A stretch of 62,654 nt of DNA, filler included, from Phoronis australis (taxonomy: Eukaryota; Animalia; Phoronida): NCBI GenBank assembly GCA_002633005.1. It is 4 parts of 4 records of this genome, joined end to end, with 100 filler letters (N's around TTAATTAATTAA, not from the genome) between each part and the next. Parts side by side here need not be neighbours in the genome. Positions count along the whole stretch, not along the records: positions 1 to 25,218 come from NMRA01000519.1; 3 more parts are not named here. The stretch is one strand, 5' to 3'. The notes under the pieces are model-generated. The model did no database searches. It was not told where the DNA came from and saw nothing but the letters and a program-made list of their open reading frames with translations. Of this stretch, positions 1 to 13,121 are shown in pieces. A program made the position numbers and the translations under genes. Position 1 is the stretch's first letter. Each line of letters begins with the position of its first letter.

Positions 1-3000
1 AAATGTCTACGCTGTATCGATATGGGTGTGAAGCGTCTTCGTGTTGGTGACTATTGTTTTGATGAAAAACAGAAGTATCTGTTCATGATGTATCTTATTA
101 TGAGACATATCATACATGAACACGGGAAAAGTTAACACATCTCATCAAACAAGAAAAAACCAACAGGAGAACAACATTAACGTGTTACTTAATAAGGTCA
201 GTCCAAGTGGTTTGTATAATTCATACATATCAGTCTTTAAATAAACATCAGTAAGCAACATACTGTAAGAAAATGGATTACTGCATAACGGTAGATTTGT
301 TACTAGTCTCAGTCCAGAAATTCAGCATATTGGTCTATCATAATAATTTTACCTCTCACTACTCGACGTCTAAACACGCCATAGTCCATTCTCCTTAATC
401 CTGTCTTCAGATTTGGAAAGAAGTTTTTCATTGATTTTTGTTCAAAATGAAAGTTAACAGAGATAACTATTGTAGGAAATGTTGATGTTCCTCGAGTCCA
501 CCATTGGTCATTTTGACCATGTCCTCTTTGTATGTTCTCATTTGACCTTGCTGGTTACTGTGTTATGCATTTCATTTTGTGAAACTTTTTCCAGGTCAAA
601 AATATGGAAAACTCAATAGCTACTGAGTCTAGTCTTAAGAATAACAAACACTTACTCATAACAAGTCATAAATTGTCACTGACAGGAGACCATAATTGTA
701 AAGGTGAGTCTTTTATTAAACTTAACTTATTCAAAGGCAATCGACGTTCATGATATCACGATTCGTTGAAAATTGTTCCTTAAAAACAGGGTCTCTACAT
801 GTATTGGCTAATTTCAGAAAAGTTTATAAGTTACTATTGTTATATGCAGGCTACAATGTAAGGGACAAGAAAAAAGTATTGTATAACTGCAGTTACGAGC
901 AACCTTGCATTACCAAATGAATATTATGACCGATTACTTTTGTTTATGGATTAAGAAACAGCAATGGTGCCAGTGATAAACCTTTTTCCGTTCGTGGCAA
1001 AATTCGTTTTTGAACATTTTTGACACTTTGACCAATAGAAAATCTGCTAGTGGAAATTAGGTTTTTACTTGTTATAACGGCAAAGATAAGTCAACACCAG
1101 GAGAATAAAAGATAAATAATATGCCCTGTTGCACACAGTGTATCCGGGTATTCCTGTCATGTATTGATCCATGACATCTACATGTATTATAATGGGAAGA
1201 CATGTACTTCCCGTGGCTGGCCTTGGAAACAAGAATACAATATCTCTAGTTCTCTCAATTAAAACAACAGGATTATTTCAATTTAAAATTCATTAACATT
1301 TCAATTCAACAGCTTAAAAATCCCACATTAATGTAACTCAACATATCAATTTAAAAAGAGCACTCCTAGGGGCAGGGTAAGCACACCTTATATTGACAAT
1401 CAATTGATAAATGATGTGAACAGATCAGTGTTCATGAACACCTGGCCAGTTTGGAGGTAGTATATCTCTCCAGTTTATAAACCAATCCAGTTCGAGGACT
1501 CCCTCAAAATATCCCGAATTACATAATTAAACTTCCGTCAAAGCAAAGTAACTTGGCCAATGCTTACAGCTCATTTAACCCTTTTTATGTCACATTACAT
1601 TTTGTACAAAAAGATACAGACATTAATGATCCCTTTCTTCGTGTGCCTTCCATCAAGTCGATATTGGGGATTTGATACGATAATTTCACCTACACCCTAT
1701 CTGATGTGAAATCAAATTTGCACCAAAAGACCACGTGGAATTATGCAATGATTTTGCATTAAGCTAATCAATCTCCCATATTCTTTATATAATGGGTACT
1801 TTATGTCACCATTCGGCTATAATAATCTAAATGTCAAAGCTGACACTTGTTTATTCACTCCTTATCTTTCATAACGCTATTAGAATTACCACCAGGGAAA
1901 TAAATTCATTTCCACATTGTTCTATTGAATACGGGTACTATATGCAGAACGTCATTCATAGCGCACCTGAAGGAAGTGCCTCAGGTCGGCGGTTGCAGCC
2001 TTGTGCAGGCCTAAATTGGTACATCGTCCCAAATTGTCACAGCTTCAAAACTGTGACAAATGGGGTCAGCGCTGTGGGCACAAAAAGTCGCAATTTGCCC
2101 AAATTGCCACAATTTTTGTGTGAGTCAGTTTGGGCCTGTACCACAGAAGAGCCCCAAGTTGTCAGACGAACGTGATTTGTGTCTGGATTACTCTAGCCAC
2201 GGAGTGAAAATTTTCACCAAAGAACGTCCCACAGTATAACAATACGAAAGTTTGAGCTCCACGGTAAGAACAATTTAATAATTCGAGAAGTAGTTGGATA
2301 CCAGGTTAACGTCATGAAACGCATACATGTCTTTCATTTTACAATCCAGATATTGTACAAGATATAGACAGCATTTGGAACACTGTCTGAATTTACTGTA
2401 AAAACCCGAACGAATGCGCCTTATTTTGGAGATCCGCATGGCCTAGTAAGTAGGAAATTTGAGTGGTAAAAAATCTTTAAAAACTCGATAGGTTTCACAC
2501 GTTCACTTCACGTGATCCCAATTTACAGATACTCTGCCTGCGTTCAAAATTCTTCTCAGGGACGGTGATCATGAGTTACGACCGTTTTCACCACGATTCC
2601 GCCTAACTTCTCGCCTGGCTGGGATTGGTGCGTGATGGAGAGATGAGTTCAGAAATATACTGATGCAAGGCAAAACATTTTTTAACGGACCATAAAATGG
2701 GCGCCTGTAAAAAAGTATAGCTTCCGAGATCTGAGCGTGGACACATGAGTGTGAGTGTCCTGCAGAATCTGCCACCCTTCTTAGATGATTACATGTATAC
2801 CGAATGAGGCCGTATGCTCTGGTGACAACTGCACCATTTCGAACATTTCCGACATCCATGAACGTTTCGCGGTGTCCTTCAATTTGTTCTTTAATCAGAT
2901 CAACCAAACAAAACACCCCTTCAGACGGGTTAAGACTGTTGCCGAAAAGTCGTTCGTTGTCGTTTCTGTTTAGGAGGAAGTGCTCAAAGCCATTTTTGGG

Positions 3001-3260
3001 CTTTGGCAATAACCGTGAAGGGCACAGGAAAGGACATCGTCGGTGGGAAAGCAACTGAAAATGGTAAGTCAATATAACTCGTTAGGCAGCATGAACAAAT
3101 TCAAAATTGGACGTTTTACTATGAAACCTTGCATGCTAGTAAATCCGTGAGGTCATGGATGCATAGCAGAGAAAGGGGAAACTGGAATTATATCCGAAGC
3201 AACGGGCTGATATTTGTTACACTTTAGAAAAGTCTCCTTAAAATACACCACTTCACTCTA

Positions 3261-3340
3261 CAAGCACATTGGCTTACATACGGAATTAGATAACTTGGGA
3301 CAAGCACATTGGCTTACATACGGAATTAGATAACTTGGGA
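3261..3340. repeat. Exact 40-bp tandem duplication
   Basis: caagcacattggcttacatacggaattagataacttggga occurs twice back to back (3261-3300, 3301-3340). Confidence 0.95.
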
Positions 3341-3642
3341 TTCTACAATATGCATGACCACTGATTGAAAAGAAAGGAAGTATACAGTGGCGGATGTAGG
3401 ATATCACAAGACAGGGGCCAACATTTTGTTTGTAAGCATTTGCGCAAAGCACGATTGTAAACGCGCATAGCACCGAATGGGAGGAGGTCAGGAGGGGTGT
3501 TTTCCCCCTACCGCCCAGGAAGTTTTTTGTTTTTTCCTCTAAAAATCAAGCGTTTTCCTTGATTCCTGGAGTATTATCAAAGAAAAAAGGAAAAAACAAA
3601 AAACACGGAGAACGTGTCCAACAGGAACAACTGCATTAACTA

Positions 3643-3700
3643 CAGACTCGAACCCACGACCTGGCGAATACAGCGCGCGTGCTTTACCTCTACACCACTA
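3643..3700 (-). mobile_element. tRNA-derived SINE head or tRNA pseudogene fragment
   Basis: Minus strand reads tagtggtgtagaggtaaagcacgcgcg...gccaggtcgtgggttcgagtctg, with Pol III A-box-like and B-box-like (GGTTCGAGTC) motifs. No complete cloverleaf. Confidence 0.6.
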
Positions 3701-4238
3701 AGATTTTACTCCTAATTAGTTTCATAGAGACCTACTTGACTATGGTCCACAGTGTTTGCGCACGAAACCTATTTTTTGTAAGGCTTATTACACGTTTTAT
3801 ATTTTGTGCAATCGGTTCGTAACAAATTTGTTGTATTTAAAATAGTCTTCAATTGCCTAAAAGACCAAATCCGTTTCTCGTGTTGGCAATATGGACGCGA
3901 TTGCTTTGGAAATCGTCACAGTACGCTGTGACAAAGAGAGAATTATGAGTTTCTGAGTGATTCACTAATGCTTCGAGTAAAATTCAGATCTTACCAGCAG
4001 CTTCTGTTTTTTCATCGTCTCTCAGCTTCCATTTTCTTTTAAAAAATGAAGTAATTTTCTTCATTGCACAGTGAAGCAGACGACGGAAAAAGAGTCGTAG
4101 TGCGCTGCGCCACTGCCGGTCGCCTGGGATAACGCGGGAGAACCTATACTCAGCCGCAGTTCCGTTACGATTGGGCCATGTTACGACTTTGACACTTGAA
4201 ATTCGATCTGAGCCCCCTCCCTCAACATTAAAAGTGCA

Positions 4239-4467
4239 TGTAACGTCGTCGGTATACGACGTATAAAAACCAATTGAATGATATAAGAGTTATATTATCA
4301 AAGTATTCAGCATTAAAGCAAACGACATCCAAGTGACTAAAATACATGCAAGAAAACTATTTATACACGCTAAGGATATACGTCATAGTGACACGTGATT
4401 AATTAACAGTCATACATTTAAGTGTTACCGGAACTATAAACATCTGGTAGAAATTCAATACATGACA
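4239..4467 (-). repeat. 3' LTR (229 bp)
   Basis: tgtaacgtcgtcggtatacgacg...aattcaatacatgaca; both ends match the 7271-7326 copy; adjacent to the polypurine tract. Confidence 0.9.
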
Positions 4468-4483
4468 TCTCTCCTTTCCTTAG
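4468..4483 (-). other. Polypurine tract (PPT)
   Basis: Minus strand ctaaggaaaggagaga lies immediately upstream of the 3' LTR. Confidence 0.85.
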
Positions 4484-4671
4484 ACAAAATGTTCAGTCAT
4501 CAAGGATAAAACTACCAATGAAACATTTAGTCATCAAACATCAAAACAACACTAGTGTACTCAATCATTATTACATAAGGCTTCCTCTACAGTGAGTGCA
4601 TAAACAGGTTAGTCACAAACAATTAATCAAGAAATCACCATGCACCAAAGTAGTCACAAACAAAGATCAAA

Positions 4672-7230
4672 TCAAATGACAAAGTCTTTCAAATGTGCAG
4701 GCGGTCGTATGACTCGTCTCGGTCGTCCTTCCGACAATACGTCATTCGCGGTTGGATCAGCTGGTACGTCCGGTAACTGAGTTGGAACTTGCGTAATCGT
4801 ATTGTCCGCATCGCTGACTAACCTATCAGTTGGAACAACAAACTTCTTCACTGCCGTTGTGTTCCGGGAATAACTGACTCCTTCCGGCGATTTTATAACC
4901 ACCTGATTTCCCGATTTGTCAACAACTTCATGTGGTGTCGGGTTGAAGTTCGTTGTGTACTTGTTTTCTTTGTCTTGTCGTACAAGCACCATGTCGCCAA
5001 CGGATACTTCCGATGGNACGGCACCAAGTCCAACAGGACTAGCATCAGCGATAACCTGTGTCGGTGCATCCTTGTCGTAGTAAGCAAGTGTGCCCTCGCT
5101 CGTCAGGCTGTCTCTCAGGAGTGCAAAGGACTTTCTCTGCTCTGGGCCAAATTTAAAACCAGTCCCCTTTTTTGTCAGTCGTCTTAATGGTTCGGAGATC
5201 GTGGCAAAATCTCATATAAACCGACTCGAGAAATTAGCAAGGCCAAGAAAAGATCTTACCTCACTCGCGGTTTGCGGCTCCCTCGCATTCCGAATGGCTT
5301 CAACTCGGGCTTCAGTGGGGCCAATGCCTTTTTCAGACAATAGTATTCCCATGAATACCAGCTTATTCATGCCAAACTGACATTTCTCACTGTTCAGGGT
5401 TAGTCCACAGTTCTCTAGTCGCTTCAAAACAAGATGTAGGCGTTTGTTGTGTGATTCTACATCTGGACCATGTACAATTATGTCGTCCGAAATATTTTCG
5501 ACTCCTTCAATTCCAGATACAGCTCGACTTATTTCGTACTGGTACTGTTCAGTTACGGAGCTTACTCCAAACAGCAGGCGTTTGTATCTAAACAACCCAA
5601 CATGGACAGCAAATGTAGTTATATCACGGGATTCTGGAGACAATTCAATTTGGTGATATCCCCACTTCAAGTCTAGCTTACTGAAAACTGTAGATCCATT
5701 CATGTTTTGCAGGATCTTGTTTACAGTAGGAATGGGGTGTCGCTCCCTCAAAACTGCTTCATTTGCGCGTCTCATGTCCAAACACAAACGAATCTCATCT
5801 TTGTTTTTAGGTATGACCACTACCGGGTTTAACCATGGAGTGGGACCATCAACGGGTTCTATTATGTCCAACTTCAATAGTTCGTTTATTTTATCTTCAA
5901 CTTTGTCCCTCAGAGTGTACGGTATTCGCCGTAAAGGCTGTGCAACAGGTTCAACACTGGGAATGATGTGGAGACGAATTTGTCTGTCCTTCAACAGGCC
6001 GACTCCGGCAAATACTTTTGGATATTTCTGCTGTAGCGATTCCGAGTTGATCTCGCTTACCTGGTTTATGCCAATCTGTAGTACGCGCAATTCCGTCGCT
6101 GTCTTGCGTCCAAGAAGAGGCATTCCTTTCCCACGAATAACGAGAAATTCGCATTGTGCTGAATTACTTCCAGCTGAAATAAAACAGCGGAACTCTCCCA
6201 GTATGTCTAAGGGTTTTTTCGACGCGTATGGATATAATCGTTTTGCAGATTTAACTGGTTTTGTCAGCGTTTTCATGCCCTTGTTCTTTAACATGTTCCA
6301 GGTTTTCTCGTCCATTATATTGCTGGCGGCTCCCGAATCGCCTATAACTTCTAGGCTTACCCCTCCGAGTTTCACCATGATTGTGGGCTGGGAGTCCGTG
6401 CCAATGCCAAAAACGGTTTCCGATGTTTCACCCACAGAATTGACTTTATGTTTTGTTACCTTTGTTTTACAAGTTGACGCGAAATGGTCTTTACCACCGC
6501 ACTTATTGCATGACTTTCCCCTAGCTGGGCACTGTGGATCGCGACCAAAATGTCCAGCTTTTCCACAGCGATAACAGAGTTGTCGGTTGTCGGGTTTTCG
6601 TGACTTCTGATTTTTCCAGGACTTCGTGTCAGTGCGAACTCGATTTATTTCTCCATCCCGCCCGTTGACGCTGAGCGATGCCATTTGCGTCTCTACCTTC
6701 TCGCAGCTTTCGGCTATTTCTAGTGTCCTCTTTAGTGTTAGATCCTGTCCTTCTTCCAGCAATTTCCGTCTCAGGTAGTCCGACCGCGTTTTTGACAAAA
6801 TTTCATCGCGGATGTGGTTGTCCGTGTCCGCTCCGTAAGCACACTCTTTCACCGCTTGTCGCAATCGAGTTGCGAATTGCAGAGTCGTTTCACCATCTTT
6901 TTTGTTAATTGACGAAACGCGTGTCGGGCAAAAGCAGTGTTCACTTGGGGAACGAAGTGTTCGTTCAGTTTATGGACTGCCAAGTCGTAATCCTTGGCCG
7001 TGCCCGTCCAAGGTCCAAAAAATGTCCTGTACATCGTGACCAGCGTAATGCAACAGCTGTGCTCTGCGCCTCTGGCAGTTCTAGTCAGAACCCGGCTCTA
7101 TAATCAGGCCTTTACTGTCGGCAAAGAGCTCGAACGATTTTAACCACCGCTCCCATCTTGGTCCTACCGTGGCTGGATCGGAAAAACAGTCAAATTTCGG
7201 TATATATGAACCATCTCCTCCTTCCGTCAT
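4672..7230 (-). pseudogene. Disrupted gag-pol: Gag with two CCHC-type knuckles, aspartic protease, RT, start of RNase H, C-terminal tail of integrase
   Basis: Gag starts MTEGG...RWERWLKSFELF and contains LLHYAGHDVQDIF. Knuckles CYRCGKAGH and CNKCGGKDHFASTC; protease DSGA; RT LDLKWGYHQIEL and ISDD. RNase H DASPVGLGAV is fused to integrase tail VGDMVLVRQ. TGA at 5212-5214 and frameshifts in gag. Confidence 0.92.
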
Positions 7231-7256
7231 CTTCAAAAAAGTTTCAATGAAAAGAT

Positions 7257-7269
7257 ATCCTCGTCGCCA
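7257..7269 (-). other. Primer-binding site, probably complementary to the tRNA-Ser(GCT) 3' end
   Basis: Minus strand TGGCGACGAGGAT lies 1 nt from the 5' LTR. tRNA assignment is from recalled metazoan tRNA-Ser(GCT) ends (...ATCCTCGTCGCCA). Confidence 0.8.
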
Positions 7270-7270
7270 A

Positions 7271-7326
7271 TGTAACGTCGTCGGTATACGACGTATAAAC
7301 ATCTGGTAGAAATTCAATACATGACA
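7271..7326 (-). repeat. 5' LTR with internal deletion (56 bp)
   Basis: Keeps both LTR ends but lacks 173 bp between two tataaa motifs present in the 3' LTR. Confidence 0.88.
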
Positions 7327-7464
7327 GTGCACACATTTAAATCTTGTTTCGTCCGTATAATTTTAATTACCGGGGTTAATAAACATCTGGTAGAAATTCA
7401 ATACATGACAGTGCACACATTTAAATCTTGTTTCGTCCGTATAGTTTTAATTACCGGGGTTAAT
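7297..7464. repeat. 84-bp tandem duplication spanning the LTR end and host flank
   Basis: 7297-7380 is repeated at 7381-7464 with one mismatch. Confidence 0.92.
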
Positions 7465-8309
7465 TAATGAACTCAACATTTCCCTACGCTCTTGCTGTTT
7501 CATTTATTTGCGGCACCCAAGGGGGCGCGGGCCCCCTGGGCCACCCCCCTAAATCCGCTTATGGTATAACAAACCAGGTTAACTTTTACAGCAACCATAC
7601 TTATAACAACAAAAACATACGCAAACAAGATCATATCGTAACCGCGATTTCCCATGCGCATGTGGCATTTATTCCATTGAAGAAGCGTGAAGTCACGTTT
7701 GTAAAGACGGAGCCCGCTTCCTCAACACTGACTTATGTCTAGCAAAATTGAAACTTAAGTCAATTTAAAGATGTCTTAAGCCCGTTCCAAGAAAATGGTC
7801 CCTTGTAGAAGCTTCAATGTTTGGAGGTTGAGACAAGTCCTAGGCAATGAAAGTAATATGATTTGTCAACATTTTGGCTAAGTTTCATTCTCATAGCAGT
7901 GGGGGCAGATTTGGTATAGCAGTGTACTGAACACAACCTCAAAATGGCATAACGGGGGCAGTGTAGTAAAACTATTAAATGAGGGTGGTAAATCGGAATC
8001 GTGTTTCAAGACATCTGTGTAACAATCTAGAGGCACAACTAAACAATGCCAAGTCTATAATAAATCAATAGCTTTCATTCTAGGAAAAATATAAACATTT
8101 AAATTTGACAGTTTTTATACCGTGAAAACATGGCTGCGAAGCCGTAAAATGTGTTTGAGCCTACAACTTTGGAAAAACGCAATAATTTGAGGAAATATTT
8201 TACCTCTGTTTATAGATCCCATAGGACTGCCTACTGTACGTGCCAAATTTGGTGAAAATCGGCTGACCCCCACCTTGCCGCTGGATGGCTGGTGCTCTCG
8301 TGGACTAGT

Positions 8310-8850
8310 ACTTAATTTTCCTCGGTAACCTATTTTACACCGTCGTTTCTGATTGGCTAGTCGAATTCTCAACAGGCAGCGCTTTACGCAAACAAACTGG
8401 CATGACTGATGGACTGAAGTGTAAATGTGGTCTGTTGTACATACAAATCGGTGCTTAAAATTTATGTTCAGGAAATGTGAAGCCTAGAAATTGTGGAATG
8501 CATCTTTCTACTGTCTTTGACTTTTGTTTACGATAGTATCCTGTTTTCATACAGTATGAATAACACACAGGTTAAATTGGCCACATATGTGTTTATTGTA
8601 CATGTATGTGCTTCAAGCACGCGGCTATTAAACATCACTGCAGAAACGAAATAGTTGCTGCGACGCCGCTTGCATGACAAGGATAAAAATCGTTCACCGT
8701 CCGCCATTTTTTTCACGGTGTTGTAAAGCTAACCAATGACTGCCAAGGTTACTTTGACCAATGCTAAAGCGCGTGCCACTGCGTGATACCTCGCTGGTTC
8801 CCTGCATGGCGCTAGGTGGGGCGGTAGCCGCGCCAGCACGCAGGTGTCAC
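8310..8850 (+). repeat. Dispersed repeat (MITE-like), copy 1
   Basis: acttaattttcctcggtaa...gtgatacct is closely matched at 13122-13617. Confidence 0.85.
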
Positions 8851-11800
8851 CAGAGACCGTAGAGAGGGAGACGTTTCAGCTAGCGAAATCCTATTGGACG
8901 GCCACTGGCGGCCATTGTTGTTCCATGGACCGTAGAGACGTCTAGCGGGTGTGTGTGGGAAAAAAGGAATATGGCTGATACTCGTGGTCAGCGGTCACAG
9001 AGACAAGATATTTTATCTGATCATGTACTTCATATAGATTTCCCATCGTTAATACCTCTGAGGGTAGTGCTGTGTCAAGTAACTACAAAACAAGATATGC
9101 CGGCTGCAGTCCCTAAAAAGAGGATCAGAGGAGCTTTTTGCGCTGCAGAAAAACCGAGACTTGCACTCCCCACTGATAAAGACAGGTGAGATATACGAGT
9201 GATACAAAGAATTCTTTTCGTGAAAATGCTACCTGTCAACCATTGATGTTGGCAGAGTGATTTGAACTTGTAAACTTGAAACTTTAAGTTTCAAGGTTTT
9301 ATTTGATTACTCAAACCAAAATTGTGATAATCCGTTGCGTATGGCTGGGATGATGGGTACTAGTACTTGATTTTAGAGCCAGTTTCTGAGTTACTCCCAA
9401 TGAATTACGCCCGTTATTCAGTAGTAGTAACTGGTTCTCAAATGAATTTTGAGTGAGGGGCCCACCTATCAAACTATAACCGAAATTGTCCTGCACGTGT
9501 TTCATGACTTAGGGCCTACTGATAACTTGTGTTTCTATTCTATGCTTGGCTCTAAACTGTAATTTCTTTCACTTCTTCAATTCACTTCAGTGTTTATACA
9601 TTCAGATCCAAGAGATAGGTGATAAACAGCAAGTGTGAGGACCTGCTAATGAGAAATGCTGTGGTGTTAACTTGTTCCAGTACAGTGCTGTAGAGGTAAA
9701 ATTAGAGGTAAGTAGGTGCCTAAAGCCCACCGTATCACATTGAGCACTGAACGTAACTTACGGTGCGTAGGCACTACTTTCAAATGCCAAAAGGTGGTTG
9801 GCTGCGCCTACGCCCCACTACAGCACTGGTCCAGTAGACTAGTATGGGTTTAGTTAGGTCTTTACTGTGATGGGCATTCATTGTACTTTGAAGGACCTAC
9901 ATTGTATAGTCCGAAGGGTCATTACTTGAAAAATATATCAATCAGGTGTTATTCCAAAGCTGCATTACTCCGAAGGGTTATTACTTAGCTGCAATAATGG
10001 GAAAGAGTGAGTGACGCTGCATTATAGAGAATATTGCTGATGCCACATATTTTTCCTGCATGTTGTATTTGTTATAATATAAATGATATTTTTCCAGCCA
10101 ATAGATCACAGCTACGCCACGAGTGAGCCCAGTGAAACACCCCCATCTGCTGAGCACCATGCATTGCTGCTTTAGTAAAGCTCTTAGGTGAGGTAATAGG
10201 ACATAATTGATAATGACCATAATTTCATCCTCCATGACTGATGGTTTTGTTGTACCTATTGTATTGCTACCTGAATCTCACCTCTCTACTTACTATAGTT
10301 ATAAAAAAGCGGACTATGTTGTTATATCTATTGTATTGCTACTTGAAGCTAACCTGTCTACTTACTATAGTTATAAAAAAGCGGATTCTGTTGTTTTTGA
10401 TTTCATGACTTGGATGTATACTTTTCTTGATCTGAAATGGTATTTCAAATATTTGTTTGGTTTAACACACTTGGGATTTTTAAAGCCCTTTGATTAAAAA
10501 TATGCTGAAAATCAGAGGATGAGACTTAAGCCAGGCTGTTTGTTAAAAATCTGGGTGTGGACAAGTAGACAGTTGTAGGTAGTTAACATGTGTAGATACC
10601 TTAAATGTATTTTTGTATTCATTCATTTCAGAAAGTTGTTGACTTGCATGAGAAAGTAAGTCAAGTGGGGATGCCGAAAATTCTGCGCCCAGCGGTCCCT
10701 ATTGTGCCCGTGACTGTAGAGGGAATTGTCAGTGGTGCCGTCGGATTAGGCATGGCGCCATTAACTTCAGCATCTTTGGTGCTACTATCAGAGACCCTAG
10801 ATTGGGAGACAGTCCACCTAGCGAAATCCCATCGGACGGCCACTGGTGGACATTGTTGTTTCATGGACTGTAGACACGTCTAGCGAGTGTGCGTGCAATA
10901 AACAAATGTGGCTCCCGTCAGTAAAAAAAGCAATGGTGCTTTTTGCACTGCCTACGGCTGCAGCAACAGTTAATTGAAAATTCGTGACTCATACTTTTTG
11001 CTTCCTCAATGATTAAGATAGGTGATGTTCATGATTGAAACAGAGGATATTTCTGCGTGAATCTCTTGCCAGTCATTCAGTGATGGACTGGGTGTCTTTA
11101 CTGTTTCCTGCATTTGATTGCTGATATAGAAAATTGTCATAAATTGTTTGCATGATTTTGGAAACTACTGATTAGTTTATTCTATGCCCATTGATGCTTC
11201 TAGTTACTTTTTTCATTTTGTTCTGCAGTCTTAATACATTCAGATCTAAAAGATAATTATATTTACGATTATTTACTAATTTTATTATTGTTTTTTATCA
11301 TATATTTGTTATTTTTGATTATTTATTATTGTTTATTTGCTATTACTTATTTAAATTATTTCTTGTGATCCCATACAGTCAACATCCTGGCTGTCGTTGA
11401 TCAATAATCTGTATAATATGATCATGATATGTACTTCAGTGCATAATAACTATTATGTTTATGGTATGGTAACCTACTTGATTATTTGCCATAGAAGTGG
11501 TGAAGGAAGTGTTCTTTTAAAGGCACATTTAGCCATACACCTGTGGACACTTCGGTGGTATGTCTATTACCTTGGAAACTTGTTAAACTTCAGTGACGAT
11601 GTTGTTTGTTTAGATTTTTGTTTTGACATGGGTTTTAAAACATCAAGTCAAGAAATAAGGCGTCGTTATGTTATTTACTATGAAGTTGGCCTGCCAACGC
11701 AGGATGAATATGCCTTTAACTAACTGCTAATAGTTGATTTAAAAATGTGAGTGATTTATGAGAGCTGGAAAGCATAGTAAAAAATATCCAAAATGGATTG

Positions 11801-13090
11801 CATATTCAATAGGCACCTTGGCTGTTTTTATGGGGGCATCCAAGGCAGGTTTACTGGACTTCAGGCAGGAATTCCATCTCTTGCAGGTTTGGAACCCGTA
11901 CCCCTCTTGCCTCCAGTTTCATTCACCACAACCCACCCCAATGCGCTACCCATTTCAGATACCATCGGGCACGGAAGCTTGGGGTCCAGTGAATCAGTCC
12001 CAAGTAGCGACTCCACTGTTGCCTAAAACTACTACGTTTTTGGGAGTTTTCTATGTTGAATTCTCAATGATTGAAAATAAGTAGGGATCTTTTCATGCAA
12101 TGCACCTAATTTAAGGACTAAGTCCCTAAATGTTTTGACTGAATTAAGAGCTCAGTTTTTAGTTATATTATTATAAAACATCATAAGTCAAAAGAGGAGT
12201 TCATAATAAAGAAAAAATGATAGAAAAATGTAAAAACTGTGAGTAAAGAACAAAAAAAATTACCAACTCAGTTGAGTACAGGCAGATCCAGGGTGGCAGG
12301 TTAAAGGGGTCTGGACCCCCCATTTTCCTTGATTGTAGTGATATCAATGCTAGAATTTTCAAATTGTTGACTTGGGCCACCTTTCTTAAAAAATCATTAT
12401 CCGACCCCCCCTTTAAAAAATCCTGGATATGACCCTGTTGGGTCGATATTTGGGACTGTTTCATGTAAATGGGCTCAGACACAACTGCTTGAATCTAGAA
12501 CGTCTTTAAGATGTGAATTTTCGAAAGAAAGATCTACTAATTTCTCCATTTTATTTTAAAACAAAGTTTGTGTGTTAAAAGCTTACATAATTAATTGTTA
12601 ATTAATTGTTAATTAATTGATATTAACACCTGGAATATTGGGGGAAGAAAGCTATCTACCTTTCAATTGGTTGAGGGGCAGCCCCCACTCCTATCTCTTC
12701 TTCAGCAGATCCATTTGATGTTTATTACATTCCTGACCCCCCTGGACAAAATCCTACAGGTTCGGTACCTGCACATTCTCCAATAACCTACTTTCATCAG
12801 CTCAGCTCTTATTACTGAGTCTCCCTCTTGCTTATGATTTATTTCTCGTAATTTATAATACCTTTGCTGCCCAAATTTTTCTTAGTTTACTCTATATTTT
12901 GCCTATGTGTATTTTTCCATTACAGTGCTCGTGTTTTTTGTTTTCAATATTTTAAACAAAGACACTTCACTGACAATTTCGAATTTGGCAAACTAAGATC
13001 GGCCATAGTTAATGCCTTGCGTACTTCGTTGGCCCACACACACCCGCTAGGTGTCGCCACGGTCCATGACACAATAATGGCGGCGGCCTT
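8851..13090 (+). mobile_element. Two nested or adjacent degraded THAP-domain DNA transposons (P-element/THAP9-like)
   Basis: Related termini cagagacc-tagagagggagac... at 8851 and about 10790, with an inverted partial copy at about 13030-13090. Each left end is followed by a decayed THAP start: GAFCAA...PTDKDR|gt at about 9100-9185, SKR*VINSK.EDLL at about 9605, and GAFCTAYGCSN at about 10935. Superfamily is inferred. Confidence 0.55.
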
Positions 13091-13121
13091 GGTGAATAGT
13101 CTTGTTAGCGTCTTTGGTATC

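Larger units (their letters stand above)
4239..7326 (-). mobile_element. Ty3/Gypsy (Mag-type) LTR retrotransposon, internally deleted and non-autonomous
   Basis: TG...CA LTRs at 4239-4467 and 7271-7326; 5-bp TSD gtgca at 4234-4238 and 7327-7331; PBS and PPT present; gag-PR-RT coding region with stops and frameshifts. Confidence 0.95.

Noticed and set aside
595-3072. Candidate plus-strand exons (595-703, 2974-3063) and the 167-aa minus ORF at 2569-3072
   Set aside because: Splice-like sites and open frames exist, but there is no recognisable protein motif and no way to support them without transcripts.
5090-6908. Plus-strand ORFs (up to 290 aa) opposite gag-pol
   Set aside because: Antisense shadows of the retrotransposon ORF.
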